DNA of 64,000 nt, from positions 13,151 through 77,150 of IMG/VR virus record IMGVR_UViG_3300025108_000029; one strand, written 5' to 3'. Source of the stretch: a virus. This document shows positions 9,555-19,006 of this stretch, one piece after another. Below the pieces are notes generated by a model that saw nothing but the letters and a program-made list of their open reading frames with translations, had not been told where the DNA came from and did no database searches. Every line of letters starts with the position of its first letter. Within the stretch, counting starts at the first letter, position 1. Made by a program: the position numbers and the translations under genes.

Positions 9555-9890
9555 ATGACTGAACAATCGGATGCGGAACGATTGATGGGTGTCCTTATTA
9601 CTAAAATGGAAAGCATGGATAATGACCTTGATTCACTCAAGAGAGAAAACATGCGCCTTCAAAAAATGATTTCAAACCCAACTAAAATGCTTAAAAAAAT
9701 GGGATTAGTCAAAGCAACTACCCCGCTTACAGAAAATGTCATGAACGATGCATTCCGAAATGACATGACTGATGATTCAATAATGAAAGGGGTAAACTCT
9801 TCTGTTCCCCAAACTAATGAAGAGTTCCATAACATGTCGTGGGAGGATATTCACGAAATGGCTCTATCAGCAAAAGAGAATGAGGTGTAA
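9555..9890 (+). CDS. Coiled-coil protein sharing the scaffold C-terminal motif (mini-scaffold candidate)
   Basis: SD GAGGTG before ATG 9555; coiled-coil heptads; ends NMSWEDIHEMA like the protease-scaffold. Confidence 0.7.
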   Translation: MTEQSDAERLMGVLITKMESMDNDLDSLKRENMRLQKMISNPTKMLKKMGLVKATTPLTENVMNDAFRNDMTDDSIMKGVNSSVPQTNEEFHNMSWEDIHEMALSAKENEV

Positions 9891-9892
9891 AC

Positions 9893-10366
9893 ATGAAGCC
9901 ACGATTTGAACCAATAAGTTACGAAGTTAAACAAATGCTTGAAAAAGCAGAACGACTAAACAATCGTATAGAATTACTTGAAAAAGCAAAGTGTGATTGT
10001 GGTAAAGAGCCATGTAAATGTAAAGACTGTCCTAAATGTGGTTCTAAAATGAACAAAATGGGTTGCATGAAAATGGGCTGTGGTGGTAAAATGGAAAAGG
10101 CTGACCCTTTGGCTGACCCAAAACCACTTCCAAAAGAAAAAATCACTGATGTAAACCCACACATGGTTACTGAATCCGGTGGACAAACAAAAACTGCTTA
10201 CTATACTACCAACGGTAACACCATTGAATATGAGGATGGTAAACCAAAGCGAGATAAACATGACAAGAAAGTTGACTTAAGTAAACTCGGTGGCCGCATG
10301 AATCCTCATGCTGGTACTGGTGCTGAAAGAGAAGACACAGAAGGCGGAACTGAACGAAAGTATTGA
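9893..10366 (+). CDS. Protein with Cys/Lys-rich internal segment
   Basis: SD GAGGTG; CDCGKEPCKCKDCPKCG..CMKMGC lies between LEKA and MEKA. Confidence 0.75.
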   Translation: MKPRFEPISYEVKQMLEKAERLNNRIELLEKAKCDCGKEPCKCKDCPKCGSKMNKMGCMKMGCGGKMEKADPLADPKPLPKEKITDVNPHMVTESGGQTKTAYYTTNGNTIEYEDGKPKRDKHDKKVDLSKLGGRMNPHAGTGAEREDTEGGTERKY

Positions 10367-10375
10367 GGTGGTTAC

Positions 10376-10546
10376 ATGACAAAGGTAGCCATTAAGAAAG
10401 CAAATCCAAGTTCCTCGATGCGTGAAGAGAGTGAAAGTGGCGCACCTATCGCTTGTCGCACATGTGGGGCTAATGCTCGTGAGGGTTGCAAATTGTATGA
10501 CGGAATGGATATTTTTGCTTGTCCAAAGTTTCAACCGCTATCATAA
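10376..10546 (+). CDS. 56-aa Zn-finger-like protein (not in ORF track)
   Basis: SD GAGGTGG; manual translation MTKVAIKKANPSSSMREESESGAPIACRTCGANAREGCKLYDGMDIFACPKFQPLS. Confidence 0.75.
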   Translation: MTKVAIKKANPSSSMREESESGAPIACRTCGANAREGCKLYDGMDIFACPKFQPLS

Positions 10547-10558
10547 GGCGGTGAAAAT

Positions 10559-13500
10559 ATGGTAGCAGAACAATTCAATATCGCTAAAGACGAATTACTC
10601 CTTTCATTAGCCGATGGTAATGACTTAGCGTTTAGTGCCGCTGAATACATTATTGCTTGGGAATCTCTTAACAAAGCCCCTACAGACACACTTTCAAAGT
10701 CGTTAAAATATACGGCTGAACTAATTCAAAAAGAAGAAGACAAAGCCGCAAAAGTAGAAAAAGTCAAGTCCTATAAAGAAGGTCCGGGTTTTCTTCTTGC
10801 ACATCATCATACTCATGGTGAACAGACAAACCATGTTTGGAAGGACAGTTTATCGGGTGCTGACAATGTGAGAGAATCTCACGCTGTATGGCCTCGGTAT
10901 GTACCTACTTCATCTCATCCATATCGAGAGCATAATTATCCTTTTCACCATACTAATCACCCTCTTTTGCGAATGGACTCAAGTAAAGGTAATGCTGGTT
11001 ATGTTGAAGTTTTACGAAGTCATATTTTTGGCGGTCATTCTAAAGAAGAAGCGCAAATGGAAAAAGAGTTTCAAAAGTATTTAGAAACGAAGAAAAGTCC
11101 ATTGGTACACGGATATAACGGTAAAAAAATCCTCGGCTCGTTGAGACATCATAAATCAAATTATAGCCATCAACATGACCTTTACGAGCGAGATTACCAA
11201 CGCTGGAATAAACTTAACAGTGATTTGAAAGACCAGTATCTCGCTGATGGTCGTTCAGCAGAAGAAACTGAAAATCGTTTACGAGTGGACCATTTTAATC
11301 AAAGAGCAAAGCAGTGGCAAAGCGGCGGGTATGTTGTAGATGAAAACGGTGATAATCATGCTGTTGGATTAGGACAAGAGGGGTATCACCTTGGTCTTGA
11401 ATGGCTTAATCCCGAAGAACGCACAGCCGTAATGCGTCATCTACATGAAAAAGGAGTTGACAATCATAATGAAATAAAGTTACCAAATGGTGAGTTTATC
11501 CCTACGGCTCGATTGACTTGGAACAATTTAATGCGTCGTACACCGGAAAAGAACTGGGCGTTAAGAGCAAGCGGTCACTTTGGCCCAAACGGTCATTTAC
11601 GACAAGAAACACTTGAGGGTGACTTTAGACAAGGTGATAACCGTTTTTCACAAGGTGTAATCGGAGAGGCGGCTCATACTTATGAAATAGGAGGACAACC
11701 AATTTCACATTACATTGCAGAAGCGATACATAATCGCTTTGGGATAGAACTGCCCGATGGTGATAATGAAGGAGTCGGGAAACCATTTGACATTCTACCA
11801 AGACTCGGTTTACATTCAAAGCCGGTTCAAGACAGTTACTCGTTGAAAGACTTACGGGCTGGTACATTTAAACACTATAAAAAATCAAAAGGAATGGACC
11901 CGAAGCATACTCGTATGCCAATGGAGGATGTTCTATTCCTTGCAGGTTATGACCCTAAAACACGAAAGCCGCTTCTTAATCACCCTATATACGGAGAAAT
12001 GGATGGTCCGATTATCCCGCTTCATGACTTAGAACAGATGGAGTCGGAGGCTAAATCTCATGGCTCTTTGTCTTCATTGGCTAAAGAGATGAGAACTGAC
12101 CTCGCTTATTTACAATCTCCGCATGGTCCTCATCCCGATGAAGAAAAACCTAAGTTTTGGCGATTTGATAAGGGTGGTAATCATACTATAGGACCAGCAA
12201 AGTTTTGGAGTAAACCTTTCGCTCAAGTTGGTGGTGCTGATATGACTTTGGCTACTTACAATGAGAATGTACACAGTGTTGCTCATAATGAAGACGAATT
12301 AACAGAAGAAGAAAAAATCGAACAGGCGTATGCAAACATAGCGAGTAATGAGCCTGTGGATATTACCGGTGGGGCGCAAAACGAAGACACTGCACACATC
12401 CCAACTCCGTTTCAACAAAAAAAGAAAGACATGTCATCCCCCTCTACTTCGGGGTTATTTGAAGTAAATGAGCAACATCACGGCCAACTACACCCCAATC
12501 CAATTAACATGGCTTTAGGGATGCACTTTGGGCCGGAGAAATCAAGAGAAATAGGACAAGTTGAAAAACAAAAAGGAGGTGCTACCAAGTTTGTAAGGTT
12601 TCAAGACGGTGATATTCTACAAAATCTATTCTCACCTGCTAATGCCTTTACAAAAACCAGTAGCGGTGATAAGCATAATTGGACATTACATCAATCAACT
12701 TACAACCCTCAACTACTACATTCTCTCCGTACAATGAGTAATGATGAAAAAAAGAAACTTAAAGTTGATACTATTAAACAAACTTTACATTCACATAATC
12801 CATTAAAAACATCTCAACCCGAAAGCACCTATGGAGCGCATACATCGGATGCACCTATTGGTGAGAAAGCAAGAGCAAATCATTGGCGAAAAACAATGTT
12901 GGGGCAAACATTAGACCCCTACAAACCGCAGAAAAACTCGGTTCAACCATTGAAGGACTTAATGAGTGGAAACATTCCTGTAAGTTTTGGAGTGGACCAT
13001 GAGGATTACATGGATTTTTTGGGGTGGGGTGTTAAACAACCCAATTTTAACAATGTAAAAAACTACATTACTTCGCCGGATAGCGCAAAAGCCTTGCGTA
13101 TTTTGACAGCAATAGCAAAAGAAACTGGGAGTAATTCTCCTAATCGTATTCTAAACAACATTAACGATTTGACAGAAGACAACCCAATGTATGCTGATAT
13201 TAAACATCGTATGGAAAAAGAGGGTTCATACCTTAACGACGGGGATATAGACGAACTTAAAGGGTGGTTAAATAGTTTTGAAGTACAATTACGGCAGAAA
13301 AAGGGTAAAGAGGCGGAAGCGAAAAACCAACGCAGTAAAACCAGCATTCAAGCAACAGAAGACACAACATTTACTACAAGAACTATTGACTCCGCATTGA
13401 AGTTTGGTGGTATGCTTCCTGCAATGCAAAAAGAAAAAGAATTGAGTGAGCGATTGAATGTTATTACTGAAATGATACAATACATGGATTCACCGGAACA

Positions 13501-16405
13501 GGTACAATCATTAAGACGGGAATTAGATGAAGGGCAAGTAGAATTGAATAGGTTACAACGCCGTTCAAGTGAATCTGCTCTTGGTAAACAACCTACACGC
13601 TGGAAAACCGATGCTGGTTTTATTGACAAAGTGGCTAAAAATAGTCGTAACGCTGTCCTTGAAGCCGCAAAAAAATTATTACCTATAGTTATGGAACATG
13701 ACCCAAATCATTTTGACATTAACGACCCGGAGAAGTTTATGGCGAATCATAACCGTTTAATGTATGACGCTGAACGGTGGCTTGCAAATGCAGACCATAG
13801 TGTACACGGTATCAAAGCACCTGTTTACAGAACATCGGATGAAAGTAAAACAGTTACTTCAAAGCAAAAAGGCTTTCATCGTGATGTAATGAGTCACATG
13901 CTCGACAACAGTTTTGAATTAAACGGTAACATGACACCCGATGAAGTCTTAGAAGGTATGGGATTAGAAGGTAAGACAAGTCAACAAAAAGCACGATTAA
14001 GAGAACATGTACAAAAAATAATTGATGAGTCAAATGTAAGAGAAGTTCCGTTGCGTGTTGCGACTGTCGGACAGTTAATGACGAGTGGTAATTTTGATGA
14101 CGAGTTTTCACTTCATCGTATTCACGCTGATGAACAATTCGCTCAAGACTATCAAGACGGTGGAATACACACTGCTATTGATAACGCTCAATCGAGAACT
14201 AAAAACTGGAAAGCACATCCTATTCATGGTATAGTAGGTACTGTCGGACAGCATAGATTTGACTCATCGCAATATGGTAGTAATATGTCAAACAACGGTT
14301 TATCCTACTATCCAGCCGGTGGTAAACTCGATGTGCATAACAGATTAGGTGCTGGTAAAGGTGGTAAAAAGCCTTACACGAGAAGAACAAAAAATTACCT
14401 TGATAGTATTGTAAGTTTAGATATTGATGCTGTAAATGCTGATAATATGACACCTACGCAAGAAATTGTGAGAACGCTTGGTATTAACGGTGAACCAGTA
14501 CCTATTGGTGGGGTTAATCCTTCTTCATTCGGAATTATGCCTACACACACTGGTGCTGATGTAGTCCACTCTTCTGCTGTCCCTCAACAGTCATCATTTG
14601 GTATCGAGTTTGATTCTCAAGGACAACCATCGGTCGGTACTTACACTGAACCTCAATTATACCATCCTACTTGGCAAGGTGCATTAGAGGAACTCCACGG
14701 CACAGATATGACAAATCATTTGTTGGAAACATTACCACCACATCAAAATCCTACTCCACCTTTTATGGATTATGACAAAGAAACTTTTGATATATTCGGA
14801 GAAAACAACCCTACTGCTCTTAACTTGAGTGAAATGAGTGAATATATTACTTCTCTTTTAAATCCCGATGTGCTTTTGACAAAAGCCGATGATGCTGAAT
14901 GGTGTCCTCCGGTAAGACCGATGCACCGCATATTCGATTTAAGTGACCTTGAACACCTAAGAGGGTTTAGCGGTTCATGGGTAGTCAGTAAGTGGTACGA
15001 TGGTAAGCGAGTTATTATCGTACAAAACGATAATGAAATCACTACTTATGATGAAAATGGGCGCAAGGTTGGATTAAAGAAAGCATTCAAAGAAAGCCTC
15101 GCTGAATTAAACGACAATAACTTTGTCATTGATGGTATTGTAGGTGAAGAAGACTTGAACATTATTGATATTATCAACTATGATGATACCAATGTTGCTG
15201 AAATGTTAATGCATGAACGCATGAAAGTTCTAAGAGGGCAGTTCGATAGCCATGAAAATGTCATCATTCCCGGCCCGCATGATACAAAAATGACTGATGA
15301 TGAGGGTCTTGAAGACGCTGTTAAAATCCTACAAGAAGACCACGGTATAGTTTTGTTACGAGATAATAAATCCACATACATGAAAGGAGAGCGTCGTCAT
15401 CCTAAGTGGTTGTTATTGCGTGAAAGTCGTGATTTTAACTTTATCATTCTTGACCGTCGAGGTAAAGGACCATACACATATCAACTTGGTGCAGGGCCGA
15501 TTCTTGACGGTGAAGCATTAGGTAATCGTGCCGTCACATACAAGAACAATTTCTACATGGATGTAGGTACAGCCCACAGACAACAAAGAACCTTCAAAGT
15601 TGGCGATATAGTAAGAGCAACTGTAACAGGAGTTACAAAAAAGCGTAGAAAAAATCGAGATGTGTTCAATGTACAAGTGCGTGAAATAGAAAGTGAAGGT
15701 GAAGGTGAAGGTGCGGCCAGTGCTGAATCATTAGACCTTATGACAAAATCGTTTGCACCTTTGCTTATACCCCATGATATAGAATACAATGATGGTGTAT
15801 TACAAGTTATACTCAAAGGTGTAGATACAGTATCGTATCAAGTTACACATATGGATGACAACTGGTATCTACATGACCCTTCTTCGGCTTTAGGTGATTT
15901 GACTAAATCGAATTATTCTCTCACTCTTGCTGAAAGCCTTCATCCGTTTTGGCATTCAGTAGCACCGTTGATGCTTGACGGTCATCTCGTAAAAACAGAA
16001 ATGGATGAAAAGAAAGTGCCAAGTCGTAAAAGACAAGAAGAACAATCAGCCGGAGTTCTTGATGCTAAAGACGATAACCGCCTTCTTAAACCATCAACTA
16101 AGAAGGCTCTTGATGTAATTAGTCGTGCTTTAGACAGACTCGCTAAAGAAAAACTTACTTGGACAGGGCCGAAAGGTTTGGGTATTGACATGGCTACACC
16201 GGTAGAATCACCAAGTGGTCCTACGAGATTAACAGAAGAAAGTAACTTACCCGACTATGATGGTAAAGTAAGACCGGATGAAAAGGATGGTGTTGATTCG
16301 GATGATAAAAAGAAAAAACCCATTACGCATGTTGAAATGAAGACTGATGCAGACGAGTCTATCGTTTTAGATGATGAAGACGGTACTCCTACTCTTTCAG
16401 TGTGA
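10559..16405 (+). CDS. 1948-aa multidomain head-module protein with C-terminal ATP-dependent DNA ligase-like (NTase + OB) domain
   Basis: From about 14890: SKWYDGKR, FVIDG, NIIDII, GIVLLR, YMKGERRHPKWL in ligase motif order, then an OB-like region (MDVGT, KVGDIV). The N-terminal ~1440 aa are unrecognised. Confidence 0.8.
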   Translation: MVAEQFNIAKDELLLSLADGNDLAFSAAEYIIAWESLNKAPTDTLSKSLKYTAELIQKEEDKAAKVEKVKSYKEGPGFLLAHHHTHGEQTNHVWKDSLSGADNVRESHAVWPRYVPTSSHPYREHNYPFHHTNHPLLRMDSSKGNAGYVEVLRSHIFGGHSKEEAQMEKEFQKYLETKKSPLVHGYNGKKILGSLRHHKSNYSHQHDLYERDYQRWNKLNSDLKDQYLADGRSAEETENRLRVDHFNQRAKQWQSGGYVVDENGDNHAVGLGQEGYHLGLEWLNPEERTAVMRHLHEKGVDNHNEIKLPNGEFIPTARLTWNNLMRRTPEKNWALRASGHFGPNGHLRQETLEGDFRQGDNRFSQGVIGEAAHTYEIGGQPISHYIAEAIHNRFGIELPDGDNEGVGKPFDILPRLGLHSKPVQDSYSLKDLRAGTFKHYKKSKGMDPKHTRMPMEDVLFLAGYDPKTRKPLLNHPIYGEMDGPIIPLHDLEQMESEAKSHGSLSSLAKEMRTDLAYLQSPHGPHPDEEKPKFWRFDKGGNHTIGPAKFWSKPFAQVGGADMTLATYNENVHSVAHNEDELTEEEKIEQAYANIASNEPVDITGGAQNEDTAHIPTPFQQKKKDMSSPSTSGLFEVNEQHHGQLHPNPINMALGMHFGPEKSREIGQVEKQKGGATKFVRFQDGDILQNLFSPANAFTKTSSGDKHNWTLHQSTYNPQLLHSLRTMSNDEKKKLKVDTIKQTLHSHNPLKTSQPESTYGAHTSDAPIGEKARANHWRKTMLGQTLDPYKPQKNSVQPLKDLMSGNIPVSFGVDHEDYMDFLGWGVKQPNFNNVKNYITSPDSAKALRILTAIAKETGSNSPNRILNNINDLTEDNPMYADIKHRMEKEGSYLNDGDIDELKGWLNSFEVQLRQKKGKEAEAKNQRSKTSIQATEDTTFTTRTIDSALKFGGMLPAMQKEKELSERLNVITEMIQYMDSPEQVQSLRRELDEGQVELNRLQRRSSESALGKQPTRWKTDAGFIDKVAKNSRNAVLEAAKKLLPIVMEHDPNHFDINDPEKFMANHNRLMYDAERWLANADHSVHGIKAPVYRTSDESKTVTSKQKGFHRDVMSHMLDNSFELNGNMTPDEVLEGMGLEGKTSQQKARLREHVQKIIDESNVREVPLRVATVGQLMTSGNFDDEFSLHRIHADEQFAQDYQDGGIHTAIDNAQSRTKNWKAHPIHGIVGTVGQHRFDSSQYGSNMSNNGLSYYPAGGKLDVHNRLGAGKGGKKPYTRRTKNYLDSIVSLDIDAVNADNMTPTQEIVRTLGINGEPVPIGGVNPSSFGIMPTHTGADVVHSSAVPQQSSFGIEFDSQGQPSVGTYTEPQLYHPTWQGALEELHGTDMTNHLLETLPPHQNPTPPFMDYDKETFDIFGENNPTALNLSEMSEYITSLLNPDVLLTKADDAEWCPPVRPMHRIFDLSDLEHLRGFSGSWVVSKWYDGKRVIIVQNDNEITTYDENGRKVGLKKAFKESLAELNDNNFVIDGIVGEEDLNIIDIINYDDTNVAEMLMHERMKVLRGQFDSHENVIIPGPHDTKMTDDEGLEDAVKILQEDHGIVLLRDNKSTYMKGERRHPKWLLLRESRDFNFIILDRRGKGPYTYQLGAGPILDGEALGNRAVTYKNNFYMDVGTAHRQQRTFKVGDIVRATVTGVTKKRRKNRDVFNVQVREIESEGEGEGAASAESLDLMTKSFAPLLIPHDIEYNDGVLQVILKGVDTVSYQVTHMDDNWYLHDPSSALGDLTKSNYSLTLAESLHPFWHSVAPLMLDGHLVKTEMDEKKVPSRKRQEEQSAGVLDAKDDNRLLKPSTKKALDVISRALDRLAKEKLTWTGPKGLGIDMATPVESPSGPTRLTEESNLPDYDGKVRPDEKDGVDSDDKKKKPITHVEMKTDADESIVLDDEDGTPTLSV

Positions 16406-16413
16406 AAGAAACA

Positions 16414-16424
16414 TTCTATATACC
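16414..16424 (+). promoter_or_regulatory. Possible archaeal TATA box upstream of the protease/capsid operon
   Basis: TTCTATATAC, preceded by purine-rich AAAGAAAC, about 24 nt before ATG 16446. Confidence 0.35.
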
Positions 16425-16445
16425 ATGACAATGAATCGGAGGGTA

Positions 16446-17837
16446 ATGTTGTCCTTAAAGCGACCCACCTCCGGCATTGCTCTCATTAAGGGCAGTTCCG
16501 ATATGGTTATCGCTGGCTACGCATCAGTTGAACTGGTGGACAAGCAAGGCGACCTTATTACTCGTTCAGCACTAAAGGATGCATTTGGCGGATTCATGAA
16601 GAGTGAGAAGTTCCGTAATGTTCAACTCGCTCACTCAAATATTCAAGTTGGAGAAGTTATTGACTCCTATGTAGATTCAAATGGTCGGATGTGGAAGTCC
16701 GAAGTTGATGATGCCGGTATGTTTGTCGTTGTTTCACTTCGCAACGATATTGAAAAGGCTCGTGAAGTGGCCGCAGAAATCCGTAAAGGTAATCTGCAAG
16801 GATTTTCCATCGGTGGACAAGCATTCAAGAGAGTGCGAAAATCGGATGGGGAACATGGAGACTACCAAGAAATTAGTAAAATGGAACTGCACGAAATAAC
16901 GATATGTGAAAAAGGGATTAACCCCGAAGCGCAGTTTCGTATTTTAAAGGAGGACACCCACATGACAACAGAAAATGATTTGAATAATGTAATGAGCAGA
17001 CTTGAAGCACGACTTGACGCTATGGAAAAAGGCGAAATGCCTCCCGGCCTTAAGGAACATATGAACGATAAAAAAGACGATTCCGACGATGAAAAGAAGG
17101 AAAACCCATTCGCCGCAAAAAAAGACGAAGAAAAGGATGACGAGGATATGAAAGACGACAAAATGTATGCAAAGAGCGAGTACAGTGATGTAATTACTGC
17201 TGAATACCTAAACTGGATGGAGGACACTCTCAAATCCGCTGGTGTTGACACTATGCAAGCACGAACACACTTCGATAATTTGGAAAAGGCGCAACTTGGC
17301 GGCTTCGACAACCCCGATGCTGTTGATGGTGCTGACTACTTCGCCGGACAAGTCCGAGGTCGAGGTCAAGAAAACGGTTCACCTTCAACCGGTGCAATCT
17401 CCGCAATCTCTTCAACTGGTGGTAAAACACCATCCGGCGCACTTGGGCCTGTTTCAATGGCTAAGGGTTACATTAACCCAAGCAATGTTTCAGCATCCGA
17501 TGTTGAAGCCGCTTACGAAGTTTACAAAGCCGCCGCAATGGAACAAGGATTCCGTGGCGACCTTGAATCTCAATTCGCATCTCGCTTTGCAGAAGAACAA
17601 AAAATTGCAAAGCATGAAGCAGAAAAAGCCGAGTTCGACGCTCGTGCGCCTCTTAACGAAGTCATGAAGTCAATTAACGCACTAAGTGAGCGTATTGATA
17701 ACATTGGTATTCAAGGAACATCAATTCAAAAGTCGGCTTCTTCATCTAATGTTGAAGTCCCATCCACACAAGACTTGAGTAACATGTCTTGGGATGAAGT
17801 ACACAATCTCGCCGGTTCGGTCATTCGAGGGGCTTGA
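16446..17837 (+). CDS. Prohead protease (HK97-type) fused to scaffold
   Basis: IAGYASVELVDKQGD, catalytic-type H (LAHS), GFSIGG, EITIC..GINPEA, followed by an acidic/coiled-coil scaffold region. SD GGAGGGT before ATG 16446. Confidence 0.9.
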   Translation: MLSLKRPTSGIALIKGSSDMVIAGYASVELVDKQGDLITRSALKDAFGGFMKSEKFRNVQLAHSNIQVGEVIDSYVDSNGRMWKSEVDDAGMFVVVSLRNDIEKAREVAAEIRKGNLQGFSIGGQAFKRVRKSDGEHGDYQEISKMELHEITICEKGINPEAQFRILKEDTHMTTENDLNNVMSRLEARLDAMEKGEMPPGLKEHMNDKKDDSDDEKKENPFAAKKDEEKDDEDMKDDKMYAKSEYSDVITAEYLNWMEDTLKSAGVDTMQARTHFDNLEKAQLGGFDNPDAVDGADYFAGQVRGRGQENGSPSTGAISAISSTGGKTPSGALGPVSMAKGYINPSNVSASDVEAAYEVYKAAAMEQGFRGDLESQFASRFAEEQKIAKHEAEKAEFDARAPLNEVMKSINALSERIDNIGIQGTSIQKSASSSNVEVPSTQDLSNMSWDEVHNLAGSVIRGA

Positions 17838-17869
17838 AAATAAAAAAAAAATAATGGAGAGTGAAATAT

Positions 17870-18970
17870 ATGGCACGAGACTACATACGAAGCGTAACTG
17901 ACATGGAACGGTACTTTTACGGTGCTGGTAATGCAATGGGATATTCCTACAGCGGTAGCGAATTGCTCAAGGCTGACAGCCCAATGATGAGTACTACAGC
18001 AGGAACTTACCAAGCGATTTATGGTCGCAAGGTTTGGTCGCAATTGAACCAAGAGTTCAATGCATTCTCAATTCTACCAAAGCGACCTTGGGAACGCAGT
18101 GGATGGCGAGTCATCACTGAACGACCTTCGTTCAGCGTTGGTGGCGGTGTTGCAGAAAACGCAACTCTACCGGACACTACCAAGCCTACCTTCCAACACA
18201 TTGCCGCAAAGCCAAAGACGATTGTTCACACATTCGACATGAGCGAAACCGCAATGTTCCTTGCTGACAAGGATGACGGACTGGGTGACATTCGCTCAAT
18301 CCTCAAAGAAGAAATGGGTAAGCACCACGCCGAGCATATCAATAAAATGTTGCTCGTTGACAAGGCTACCGTTGCTGGAAACGATTTCGAGTCTCTTGAC
18401 CGTATCGCTACTGGCCTCGTTGCTGGTTCAGCAGAAGACATCTACTCGATTGACCGAAGTGAAAACTCTTGGTCTGTTGCAGAAGAAGACTCCAACGGTG
18501 GTACTGACAGAACTCTTTCTCTCGACCACTTGGACAGTATTTTCCAAAAGTGTTGGACTCGTGGTGGTAATCCAAAGGTTATCCTCACTGGATATGACAC
18601 TTTGATGCGCCTTCAACAACTTCTACAATCGCAACAGCGTTTCATGGAAGAAAAGCGTATCACCCCTACCTACAATGGTGTTAAGGGTGTACCGGGAATT
18701 GAAGCAGGATTTATCGTTGCTACTTACAACGGTGTTCCTATCATCCCATCTAAGGATGTTCAAGCAGACACATTGAGCCGTATGTATTTCCTCGACACGG
18801 ATTACCTCTACTTCTCTACTGCTATCCCAACGCAATACTTTGAGTCCGGTATCGAAACCGGCGACCCATTCGCAATCAACCGTCTTGGACAAGAAGGAAT
18901 GTATCGAACTATGGGAGAACTATGGACTACTTTCTTCGGAGGACACGCTTCAATTCGTGACCTAAAGTGA
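17870..18970 (+). CDS. Major capsid protein (HK97 fold)
   Basis: Follows protease; ~366 aa; GGVAENATLP and YNGVPIIPS motifs typical of archaeal tailed-virus MCPs; strong leader. Confidence 0.9.
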   Translation: MARDYIRSVTDMERYFYGAGNAMGYSYSGSELLKADSPMMSTTAGTYQAIYGRKVWSQLNQEFNAFSILPKRPWERSGWRVITERPSFSVGGGVAENATLPDTTKPTFQHIAAKPKTIVHTFDMSETAMFLADKDDGLGDIRSILKEEMGKHHAEHINKMLLVDKATVAGNDFESLDRIATGLVAGSAEDIYSIDRSENSWSVAEEDSNGGTDRTLSLDHLDSIFQKCWTRGGNPKVILTGYDTLMRLQQLLQSQQRFMEEKRITPTYNGVKGVPGIEAGFIVATYNGVPIIPSKDVQADTLSRMYFLDTDYLYFSTAIPTQYFESGIETGDPFAINRLGQEGMYRTMGELWTTFFGGHASIRDLK

Positions 18971-19006
18971 TGGTGATTGAGAAAAAAATAATGGAGATGA
19001 AATATT

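Noticed and set aside
10559-16405. Calling the 1948-aa protein a functional replicative DNA ligase
   Set aside because: Key Lys/Glu residues of motifs I, III, IV and V are substituted, and the gene is in the head module.
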